Source: Lingula anatina
Lineage: Eukaryota; Animalia; Brachiopoda
Assembly (NCBI GenBank): GCA_051362555.1
Contig: CM120643.1
Span: 12,436,644 to 12,500,643 of the forward strand
Reading direction: 5' to 3'
Length of the DNA: 64,000 nucleotides
Shown here: in pieces, positions 43,401-54,353 of the stretch
Layout of the letters: the number at the start of each line of letters is the position of its first letter
Numbering within the stretch: position 1 is the first letter of the stretch
Program-made: the position numbers and the translations under genes
The notes under the pieces: generated by a model
What the model saw: the letters and a program-made list of their open reading frames with translations, nothing else
What the model was told of the DNA's origin: nothing
The model's database searches: none

Positions 43401-46400
43401 CTTAATATATTGTCTTTGAGTTCATTTTTTAGGGAAGAGGGAAGATCGAGGCCTTTTCCTTGATTTTCTTGATGCACCAGTGATGTTTCAAACCGATCTT
43501 TTTTTATTAAATTTGCAGCTGTTGATGGTATCTTCAAATAACATCCATTTAATCTTGCCTTTGTCAGAGTTGGTGACAATGAGACACAGTTGTTATAGAA
43601 AGTTTCAAAAAAATACTTACAAATAACGTAATGAGTTCAGCATCCACATGGGGGTGTATCTCAAAGCTTACAATGCCATTGTCTGGCACTTGAAGTGTTT
43701 CTTTACGATCAGGCAGGGAGTAGGCCCCCATGGCCTGGGTCTTCATCTCAAATGTGACGTTTCTTCGACCTGGTGTCGTGATAGGTGTACCGTCATACTT
43801 CATGGCTGCAACCTGTTCAACAACAAATCATGTAATGATTTTTTTTATTTAATTTGAGATTGATGCCATCAGTTTATAGACAACAGCAACAGAAAAATTC
43901 TCAAAAAACACAAAGGCTCCCTTAAAAGAACACTAAAATTATACTTCATCAATTCTTTTAAATCATCCTTATTTCAATATCAATCTAAACACCTCAAAAT
44001 GTGTAACATATCTGTCTTTTCAAACAAATATCACCAACTGAACACAGAGTAGAGATGATTAACTCACATGTACTGTGAAATTCATCTCAGGTTTAAAGGT
44101 TCTCGTCCTGTCCCCAATCCACTGTAGTCTGACCGTGTCCTCCACCACAGTGGCAGTGGCTGAGAGGGTGTAGTTCTCTTCGTAGAACCAGTCGGTTATG
44201 ATGGCTTCAACAACCAGTTCTTTATCAGTGAGGCCACCTGTTGCTGATGTGGCTGCTGTGATCTGCTCTATTTCATACATGGTGAAGAGGAAACTCGAAG
44301 ACCCATCAAACTGAAAGAAGACAAATGTATAAGGTGAGACAAAAGTTATGTGGATGTAACAATTGTGGTAGGTGAGACAGAGGGTATGGGTGTGATGATA
44401 GGAACAGGTGAAAGGAAGGTAAGGATGTCGCAATTGTGACAGATGAGTCTGTTGGTTCTCATAGCGGTTTTCTAGAAATATAATAACTGTGACAACAGAA
44501 TGCATTACAAGGCAAAACAGGTTGTCATGGTAATCTGGAAAACAACTGATAATTCTGTAATGTGTCAAAGTTGGAGTTTAGTAATTATTGTAGTTTATGT
44601 GACTGAAATGTGAGAAGAAGTAAACAACTATAATTTTTAATCAAAAAAATACCAACAACTCCCATTGCCCTCTATTGGGATTTGAATGAACTAAACACTG
44701 CCATCTAGTGAAAACTTCCCACTACTTACATATTTCATGGTCCTCTCAATAGTGGGGATGTTGCTGAAATCATCCTCTCTGTACGGGTTTCTGACCTGTA
44801 ATCTGATCACCCCATGACCCTTCACGGCCACTCCACTTGAATGACTACACAAAGAGAATGCAAACATGTTAATAGGGGATGCATATAACATTAAAAATAT
44901 ACATATCATTTTTTCTCAAAAGCCTATGGACTGTTATCTTTTGAGAAGATAAAACAGTCTTCATCCTCCAAATACATATAAAACAAATGCATGTGATAAA
45001 TCAATAATGGCTTAAAACAAGGTGAAGGAAATTCATTTCATTGAAAAAAGCAAACTTAAGAAATAAAAAGGAAACTTTAGTGAAAGCATGAATGCTAGGG
45101 ATATGCTCATCAATTATATGGAAAGTAATAGCTGAAATAACCTGTGTGGTTTGACTTACAAAACAAAACATTGAAACTGCAAAAAGTTTTACCAATAACT
45201 TAATGAAAACCAATCTATAAAATCTGGTACACTCAGCAGGATTTAAGTTTCAGAGGTATTATAATTTTCATAAAAGTTAAATACGGAAAAAGTGCATAGC
45301 AAATAACATATATGAAGAAATTACGAAAGAGAAAAAAAGCATGCTGCTCACAACTTAAAGCCCATTATCAGATTATCATTATACACACTTTTTAAATAAT
45401 ATTATATCAGAACTGAGAACTTTCTATATAAATGGTGTTTTGATTACTAATTGCTATGGACTAATGACCATACTATAAAATTAAGATTATAACATACACA
45501 TGCACTATGCATTGCATGTCCTGCTAGCAATAGTGGTTCTTCTTAAAATTCTATCATTTAATAATAATAGTATTTGAATAAGCTGATTTTACAATGACAT
45601 ATCAAAGTACAAGGCCAAAATTCACTTTTTAATAAAAACAATCCAGATATAGTAGAAAGTTCTCTAATATAATATAATATAATATAATATAATATAATAT
45701 AATATAATATAATATAATATAATATAATATAATATAATATAATATAATATAATATAATATAATAACACATTATATACAGACGCCATTAAAAAGGTTCACA
45801 CAAGTTAATGTGTTGGCTCACATTAGCATTTCTTGTTTGAGACAAATTCCCAATTTCTTCAGCAGAGTCAAATTTACTACATTTTTGAAACTGAAAATTC
45901 ATCATTCTAAAATAATTTGTATCATCGAATCTATGCCGTCAATTGGCTGAAATCTGCATGCTAGTGTGAGAAAAATGCATCATGTGCCAAGAATCAAAAT
46001 TAAGATAATGTTGTAAAAAATCGATAATATTTGAATTATTTTTCCCTTTAATGTTTATCAAAAAGAATATATAAATACATAAATTCTGTTAATAACCAAT
46101 ACAAAATATATCTGTCTTGTGCTACATGCTGTACCAGTGACATAACCAATGTGTATAATGAGCTCTTTGAAAGGATAAATTCAAATAAAATAAATATTTT
46201 TAGTGTTTTAAAATTTGGTGTATCCAGATTTTAGAAAGCATATCTGAAGAATTTTCCAATTTTCTGTTAAAAGAGAATGACTTTTCATTTTCCTCAAAAG
46301 ACTTATGTCTTTTGAAGAAAATGCCCAGTGTCTATGTAATGATAATCAGTTTTTAATTTTTCAAAAACTTTTTAAAAAATAACTCTGGATACACCTTCAG

Positions 46401-47403
46401 TGTAATAAATGCCAAGGTGCTGCCCATTATACTGTCCTTATTATGCATACTTAGCCACAACAACTCCAGCAAGGCCAAAGGAGTTCTCAAATATGTAAGA
46501 GGGCATAAATATATCTGGATAAGCAGCGCTGTCATCTAAAATAAAACAGTTTTGAAAAAAAGAAAGGAAAAAAATGAGAAATGGTTGTAAAATCAAAATA
46601 AACGAAAATGCCAAGAAAACCGGTCTTTCTCTGGCATGATTTGTCCTGTTGGAAATCAGGCTATGGCAGTTGTGAATGTCTCAACCACTGTGTTCTTTAT
46701 CTCAGCTACCATGCTTATTAAGCCAAATGATGAGAAATAAAATGTATGTGACTGTACTTGGAGGATGCTTAGACAACTGAGGCAACAAAACCCCAACAGC
46801 TCCAATAGGATAATGGGAATTTAAAAAACAACGGAAAAAACATTGCAACAGCCTTTTTATATGTGTATGTTTTGATGCAGCACAGAAATGGTTGAGAAAT
46901 TCAACTGCCACAGACATAATCTCCTTGCAGGCTCATAGTTTGGTATCTTGCATGAATAACATAGTCCAACTCGTTTGTCTGGATACTTCACTGAAAAAGA
47001 GTTTCTTTGGCATGATACCAAACTAAATATTATCACTTCCTAACATTCCAGATGGCTCCTGCTGCCACCTGGTGTGTAGAAAGTCATACAGTAGCTAACG
47101 CCCCCTACCATCATAAAACTGAAGCAAAGGCCGGGGATACATATCTAACATCTACCCAACCACAATGTGTTGCTTACGTACTTTGCAGACACAATTCCAG
47201 CAAGTCCAAAACTGTTCTCAAAGATGTATGGCGGCATCATCACATCGACATACACCCTAGAGTCCACTAAGAAAAAAGAAAATGGAAATTGCAATTGTTA
47301 GCAAGGGTTAGGATGGAACAGTTAGGTTAGTGCCATTTGCTCCCAACAGGGAGAAACTGAGGTCAAGATGAGAGCACTGTGAACAAAACCATACCTAAAT
47401 GTC

Positions 47404-47476
<73 letters not shown>

Positions 47477-50400
47477 TCAATGACGTAGGTCATTTGGTTT
47501 CATAAAAAAAAAGGAATAATATTATATTTCTCTGTTCATCGTACACTCATCCATCCCAGTACACTTACAAAGAAAAAACAGAACAATTTTGACACAATAA
47601 ACAAAAGAAGAGTGCACATGAAAACAAACAACAAAAGACGTCAAACACTAATTCAAAATGATATTTATAAATAACAATAATAATAATAATCAGAAAATGA
47701 CTGACAGAGTTTAAGCTAAACATTTCATGTGCAAAAGTTAAGAACAGAAAAAAGCCCATTTGTTTATATACACTAAAATTAGCTTTGAAAGCTGAAGCAT
47801 AAGCTCATGACAGCTTATTTTCTAAGTAAAATGCATGCAAATTTGACAATAAAAACTTTCTTTAACTTCTTAATGTAACTTTGAGTAGCAAGTTGTGTCA
47901 ATTTTTAATTTCGAATTTTGTATTAGTTTGAACTTTCAGGTTAGTCAAATTATTGTTTAGTTAATCAATTTTAACAAAAAGGTTCAATATGCATGATGTG
48001 AAGTCAATATTACTTAAAGCAAAACGTTTCAGAAAAATGCAACACTTCAGACAAAATTTGTATTAAAAAACCAACAAAATAAATTAAAAAGTGGCAACAT
48101 TTCTAAAGGTCTAAATAAACACATCTAACACCTCTCATAAAATGTCTTAAAACATACCAATCCTGAATTTTCTTTTAGTTTTTTATTTTATTAAAAAATT
48201 TTGTCATCTTTGAGAGAAATTAAAATACTGTAGTTATTAAAAAAACTAAATATTAGGAGCCAATATTAGGGAATTGATTTAGAGGAGCATATTGACAACA
48301 CATCATTCAACATCAATTTTTTTTAAAAGAAACAAATGATGACACCCTAAGCCAATCCTAATAAAACCAAAGAAAATTACTTTAAAATGTCAAATTATTT
48401 AAAGAATAGCTCCAAGTCCTCATACTATGAGTCTAAACTATTTCTAATCCATGTACTATGGACTGTATCCCGTATGAAAGACCACTTGGAATCTTCAAAT
48501 AAGCCAAAAAAAAAAAAAACTTGTTTAAATGATCTACTGCAATATTTTGGATTAATCTCAAAGTTCAGTTGTATTTTATGTTTACTATTCTCGGTGATAG
48601 TAAGCTTTGACTTATCTCTTTTTCTTTTTTCCCTCCTTCATCTTCATTGACTTTATAATTTTATCTCAAAGGCAGCTATTCGGGTAGCTCTCACATAAAC
48701 AGTGAAAAGGGCTTTAAAGCCATGCATTTAGAATTGATCTACATAAGAAAATTCTACTGAGTTTACATTATCATTTTAACTCTTTATAATACCATCTACT
48801 TCATGCAAATGGACAGTGGATTTAAAGGCACTTTGGAGCAAGAAAAGAAAATATGACAACCGTGACGTTAGTTGTGCACTGGCCAGCTAAAGTAGTACTA
48901 GTACTTAGTTGCCCAATCTATGTGGACTAAAAGCAGTTCAATATTCTATGTCTCTATCTACCAGTGTGTTCTTCTTTTCCATAGTTTCATTAACCTTTAA
49001 GCCCAACTGTTACAGAGAAGTTTTGGACAATAATATATTGATTATCCATCAAATTTGGCCATTTAAGGAAATCTAACTTAATTTTAAACAAATTTTAATA
49101 TTCAGATTTAGTGATGCCTTCTGCACACCATGTAGACATTTTCTAATGTCTTTTCAATTAATTATGTGTTAAGTATATATATTTTGGTAATTTAATTATA
49201 AACAACTAGCAATGCTTTAATCTTTTCTATAACAATGGTTTTTCAAAAACTTGGTCAATAACAACTTCATTTTACTCAATTCTGTGATCCAATTTCAAAC
49301 AGATGACAAATCTATCAACGTTGACAAATAAGCTGTTAATTTTGAGAAAAAAGCCACTCCATGAAAAACAAGCTGGGCAATATGGGACAAATAAAACAAG
49401 TGTTCAAAATATCAATTGAAAAAGCAGCTCATCTCACTTTAACGCAAAACTTTTGCAAATTCATAATATCATTATGAGCTATATTCTCCAAAAACTATAA
49501 AACTAACAAATATCTTTTAAGCCACTCATTGAAAAACAAGCTTGACAACATTGGGGAAGAGCCAGTCTTTAAAATTTCAATAAAAAAGCATCAAAGCTCA
49601 TTTAAATAAAAAATGTTACCTAATAATATCAGTAGGATCGTTATGATCAAACTGAATATGATGCATAACTTCTGATAAAAATACAAAATGAAAAAAATCC
49701 TTGTAATGGATGTCCTTCAGATTTTATAAGTAACTTAACAATATTTAGACAAACCATTTAAGGCTGGTATTGCATTCAATCAAGCAAAGCCAGAGGCCAA
49801 TCTCCAACCTTTTAAAACTTGACAGTACATGGGGGAGAGGGATGAGGATCAGTTTAAAGCTATGTTCACATCATTTGTTGAACAGAAAAACATATTAAAT
49901 TTGAAATTTTTGATATAATCTCATTTAACACCTAGGATATTTTAACAGACCTGTTATTGGAGTCGACTTGAAGGACATTATAAACGTAACTTGAATATTT
50001 ATTTATTTAAATAAGAGATTTGTAAACAAAAACAGGTGTACCAGTCTTTGGCATTCTATCACATTTAAAGCCATAAATTTATCTAATTATCTGGACCTTA
50101 TTATCTTTTTGGGGAGGGAAGGGAGGGGGTTGCTGACAAAGCATATATTTGATTTTTTTTCCATACGAAAAGGCAGTTGGAATGGGTGGTATATTTGTTA
50201 AGTATGGTGGTAACTAAGGTAGTAACAGTTAAGGCATGCAAATAATCCCACACAAAACAACAACAGGAAAAATTGAAAAGGCAAAAAAAAAAATGTGCAT
50301 GCAACAAGTCCTCAAGTTCTCCAGCTCTCTGAACTCACCACGGTCTAAAAAGATGGCAAAGGAACAAGATTGTTAAGAAAATGTGAGATAGCATGTGGCA

Positions 50401-52835
50401 TACAAGAATCAATTACAAATAGTGTAAAACAGAAAATGAAATACAATATGCATAATGTGGACCAGGAATACTTTTCAATACCTTGAGACTCAAAATATCC
50501 TTTTAAAATATCTAGTCTCTCTCAGTCTGTGCCAGACAATCCTGAATATTTTTTCATGTACCAAATAAAAATACAGATGTTTTTTTGGGTTAAAATAGGA
50601 AGTGGCCTTGTTACTGAGGGTATGGGGGCCACTTTAGGCCAAAAAACTGCCCAGAAAAAAGTGATTTACCAATTTCAATTTTAATTCCTGAAACATTTTT
50701 GCAAATATTGCTTATCAATAAGAGAGATCTCAGTTTATAGACCGTTTTTGTCTCCCAAACTTTCCAGATAAACTCCGGACCAATGTATTCCTGGCCAACA
50801 GCTTTAAACATAAGACAATATTGGCTGTTCTTAATAGTTATTAAGTATTGGATTGACCCATGATCAATCTAGTTTAGCCTTGTTTTCACATTTGTATGCA
50901 CATAATTAAGTATCATCTCTTAAAAATGTGCAAATCAAACATGAATATACATATAAACATAGAACTGAGGTTAATCTAAGCTGACCTCGCGTCAATACAT
51001 ACATGAATAACTTTTAAGAACAGTTTGTTAAGCAGATCAGGTTTCATGGAAACCTTTTATTTACAAAACACCTTTTACAACATGATGAACCTAAAAACCC
51101 TCGACAAGCCAAAAGATATTGACATTCAGAAGTTTTTACTGAAGCAAGCATTATAAATGCTGACAAAATAATTTTTTGCAATCTATAAATTACATCACAA
51201 GCTAGCATTATTTATGCTGACAAAAGACTTTTTTGCAAATTGGATCTACAAATAACATAAAGTGAAAAAAAAGATCCTATTTAACTGTAAATGAAAGTTC
51301 TAATACACTGAAAACAAGATCGCATTTTATAATGATATGATTATGATTGCTTCTTGCTATCTGATGACTTCTTAGTATAAAATGTAAAAAATTTAGACAA
51401 ACACAGGGAAAAAATGTATAAACAATGTACAAAAGAATAGAACACTTCATATATCTACAAATTCACAGACTTGTTTCAGTAGTTATGGCAAATAAAGTGT
51501 ACCAAAATATGACACATATTACTTTAGTGTAAATAATCCACATAAAAACTATAATTATTTCACGCTATCAAAAATAACATTTTCACACAGTTAAAAAAAA
51601 AGTTAACAGTAAAATGTAAACTTACAGTTTTCTTCCACCTCTATCTGTTTCTCATAGTCATGTCCCTGTAGATAAAAGGCATGTTTCAATTAGTATTCTG
51701 GCCAAAACTGCACATAGGCAAAAAGTGGTATTCTATCATCCCAGAAATTAATGATTCAAAACTAGAATAGCGTACAAAAGAACCAACTTCAGTATGAGCT
51801 TCAGTTTTCACATGATAAAAATTAAGAGAAAGAAATTGGTTTCCTCTCTTTTTATGCCACTGAAAATACTACTTAAAACGAAGACTTAAAACAAGCATAA
51901 CCAATTTTGATCAAACACTTAAGACTTTGGAGAGAGATACAGAGCAACACCTAAAAAAATGTATTTTGGATTAAAATATAATCCTGTAACTCCTTTTAGC
52001 CTACAGTGAAATACAAGTAAATTAACCAGCAACAATAAACACAAACAAAAAATTTGACAAATTACAAAAACACTTACATATGCATGTACTCGTATAGTCC
52101 ATGTCCCAAAATGAGGCTGATCAGAGAGTTCAAATTCCATACTCAAAATTCCTGAAAAAAATAAGCTAAATACTAATTCAAACTTTTGGTTCAATTATTT
52201 TTCATTACATATTGGTATTTTTACATAAGAATTCTCTGCATGTTGTTTTAATTCAATACAACTATTCTGTTTCTTAACTCAAAATATGGGATTTGAATTT
52301 CCTTTCCCTATTTCATAACACAATCATTACTAACCATAATAACCATATTTTGATCAACATAAGTTACCATAACTCTCTTCGGTTAAAAAAGTAACCCACT
52401 CATCTGTTACCATAGTAACCCCCTCACCAGTTACCACAGCAACCCACTCGTTATTTACCTGCTCTTGGTTGCTGGGACAACCACCTGCGTACAACTGTTC
52501 CAGTGGAATCCTGAAAACGATAATATTTATAAAGTATCACTGCTCTACAGTCTTTACAGACAGCTATAATTATTTATATAAATTATTCCTTTGAACAAAC
52601 ATCCCTTCTCTTATGTTTTTATATGCACTATCATTAATTTAATTACTTAGCATCTTCTATAAAGAAATTGTCAAATCAATCAGCTACTTTGTATCATATA
52701 TGGTTCTTTTTCTATGGCAATTCAAAGCTGTGGAAAAGAAACTCACCACAACATAAATGTCTACAGTTGCAGATGCAGATTTCAAATCTGCTCCAACAGG
52801 AATGACACGGAATCGAACTGTAGAGAAAAAAATTA

Positions 52836-52908
<73 letters not shown>

Positions 52909-54353
52909 TGACAGTCAGCATGACTGTTCAATAACATAGAAATTAAACATCATCATCATAATAATAATATTGTTCACATTAACATCATCTGAATGTGGAC
53001 TAATAATTTAAAGCAAATTTTTAAAGTTTGGTTTCTGTAATTTTAACCACCTCACCTGTTTGTGTCTGGAAATATACAGGTCTGTTGGTTTGGATGAAAA
53101 TAGACAACTGTTTAGGATCAAAGAGGATTTCAGTTTCATTCTCAAAGAGAAATCCCCCTGCTCCCCCAGCCACTGTCCCCTCCACTCTCATGGTGTAATT
53201 GCCAGGCACAGCATTTGTGGGAACCTAAACAGTACAATTAAATAAGACAAATAAGACATCACATGTGATAATGACTATAAATTAAAGCAAAATTAAAGGC
53301 ACATCATTAACAAAAAATACTCACATCCAATGAGTTTGTTCTTAATGGGAGTTAAGCCAGAATTTTAAAACGGGGTCCAATTAAATTCATTTTTCTTATG
53401 ATTACAAAGAATAATTGCTGTTTGCTGTCCTGAGCCTTGGATTTACCAGGAAATCCACTGAATTAACCAGGAATGAGACTGTCACTTAGTCGGAAAATAT
53501 GGTGATGAGTTCAAGGGGCTGCCTAGACCAATGATACCTTTGTCTCCCCCCAAAAAATAGGAAATCCACCGTGAGTCTGAAAAATTTCATTCTTGATCAA
53601 CAACTCAAACCATGATTTTATAACAAAATTAATAAAAACAATAACTTACCAACATCTGCATTATTCTTGTATCTACTCTATCAAAAGTTTCTGAAGCGTA
53701 GGCCACTTCCTCTAGCTCTCGTCGTATAGAGACACGAATGTTGAGGTCACCATAGTCCAGTCTAAGGGCAGTGGCACTGACCTGGACATTCTGGCCAGGA
53801 CGAACTTGGCGAGGAGAGACCACAAAATATGTTCTAGTTAGGGGAAAAGAAATCACAATTATTATAACAGTATGACAAACAAGTTCCTGGCCAAGCAACA
53901 ATTCATTATAAATTGTTTTAGTTCTAGCTATGAAAATTCAAATTATTATAACAGTGTGATGAACTAGGTAGTGAATGGCTGGGCAACATGCAGCCACATT
54001 ATATCTACTGTTTTCCCACAACCTATCTTGGAGTGTAGGAAAATATGAAAGCATAAGAATCCTTGATTTGCTAAATTATTCCTACGAAACAGATAAACAA
54101 AGGGAATGCTGTTCAGCTGACAACTTAAATTGCATACAACTTATAAGGGAGAAACATAATGACGATGCCCATGTTAATATTTTGCAAGTTCTGTGACTCA
54201 TACTAAATTATTAAATACTTACGGCGGCCTCCTGAGCATTGCACTTTTCAATATATTAGCAATATTATTGGGGTCATTGCCTGATGGGACAGGGGTCTGA
54301 GCGTGAACACACGTTAACGTCACCACAGACACCACTAGCACCTGATACCACAT
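30946..54353 (-). CDS. Mcr: Macroglobulin complement-related protein (TEP6/Mcr; CD109-like alpha-2-macroglobulin family), about 1592 aa, 35 coding exons
   Basis: Phase-consistent GT-AG exons (minus strand): 54353-54223, 53833-53650, 53224-53056, 52817-52747, 52510-52459, 52151-52078, 51665-51626, [50344-50339 optional], [47266-47182 or 46535-46451], 44844-44730, 44310-44068, 43812-43621, 43289-43182, 42904-42842, 42462-42274, 41788-41639, 41373-41236, 40719-40671, 40290-40177, 39975-39852, 39391-39274, 39021-38905, 38744-38628, 38258-38130, 37734-37563, 37304-37116, 36878-36776, 36041-35864, 35423-35310, 35074-34900, 34515-34283, 33804-33643, 33099-32903, 32592-32418, 31603-31495, 31145-30946 (4779 nt without the microexon). 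Protein features: signal peptide MWYQVLVVSVVTLTCVHA, A2M motifs (IFIQTNRPVY, GGFASTQDSIIALQAL, LPSGY), an LDLa module, and the C-terminal CQVCGSFQCPYC plus hydrophobic tail characteristic of Mcr. Confidence 0.92.
31633..31975 (-). mobile_element. tRNA-derived SINE in an Mcr intron
   Basis: Minus strand: A-box-like TGGTCAGAGC, B-box GGTTCGACC, central cttggcactcagca domain and a LINE-like 3' tail (tgtaaatggc...gcggtatacaag). Confidence 0.6.
34072..34261. mobile_element. Second, inverted copy of the Harbinger-type MITE at 15781
   Basis: gccccagtttcac ... gtcaaactggggc; the interior is reverse-complement-similar to 15781-15936. Confidence 0.75.
35683..35730. repeat. (AAT)n microsatellite
   Basis: Direct observation; a similar tract lies at about 40408-40458. 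Confidence 0.95.
40177..40290 (-). CDS. Mcr: Mcr exon encoding an LDL-receptor class A module
   Basis: NQCNVTQGTLPCFDGTCYTIDQRCNKVKDCRANEDEMN(C): six cysteines and a DCxxxxDE acidic motif, in a symmetric phase 1-1 exon. Confidence 0.9.
45666..45762. repeat. (AATAT)n pentanucleotide microsatellite
   Basis: Direct observation. Confidence 0.95.
46451..46535 (-). CDS. Mcr: Mcr mutually exclusive exon B (85 nt)
   Basis: ttttattttag|AT GAC AGC...GCT AA|gtatgc; encodes DSAAYPDIFMPSYIFENSFGLAGVVVA(N); phase 1 to 2. Confidence 0.85.
47182..47266 (-). CDS. Mcr: Mcr mutually exclusive exon A (85 nt)
   Basis: ttttttcttag|TG GAC TCT...GCA AA|gtacgt; encodes DSRVYVDVMMPPYIFENSFGLAGIVSA(N); phase 1 to 2. 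Confidence 0.88.
47406..47475. repeat. (TG)n microsatellite
   Basis: Direct observation. Confidence 0.95.
49350..49630. repeat. Degenerate about 165-bp tandem duplication (intronic)
   Basis: aagccactc..tgaaaaacaagct..caa..tggg...aaaat.tcaat.aaaaagca occurs twice. Confidence 0.6.
50339..50344 (-). CDS. Mcr: Candidate 6-nt Mcr microexon (ACCGTG)
   Basis: cttgttcctttgccatctttttag|ACCGTG|gtgagt; frame-preserving and stop-free with either downstream exon. Confidence 0.65.
52839..52903. repeat. (TA)n microsatellite
   Basis: Direct observation. Confidence 0.95.

Noticed and set aside
32315-43857. Plus-strand ORFs overlapping Mcr exons
   Set aside because: Antisense shadows of the real minus-strand coding exons.
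46987-46990. 4-nt pseudo-exon TGAA, or a degenerate third exon starting at the ctttttcag acceptor (reads KYPD...)
   Set aside because: The donor gtatcc is poor and similarity to exon B stops after YPD. It is better explained as the selector-like element.
47172-47181. Stronger-looking donor gtaagc 4 nt downstream of the exon A donor
   Set aside because: Its use would shift the frame relative to exon 44844-44730. It may give unproductive transcripts but not the coding isoform.
48905-48926. Phase-compatible 22-nt candidate third alternative exon (ttttag|TCCACATAGATTGGGCAACTAA|gtacta)
   Set aside because: Weak pyrimidine tract and donor, no similarity to exons A/B beyond the last bases, and it would delete most of the MG3 start; probably chance.
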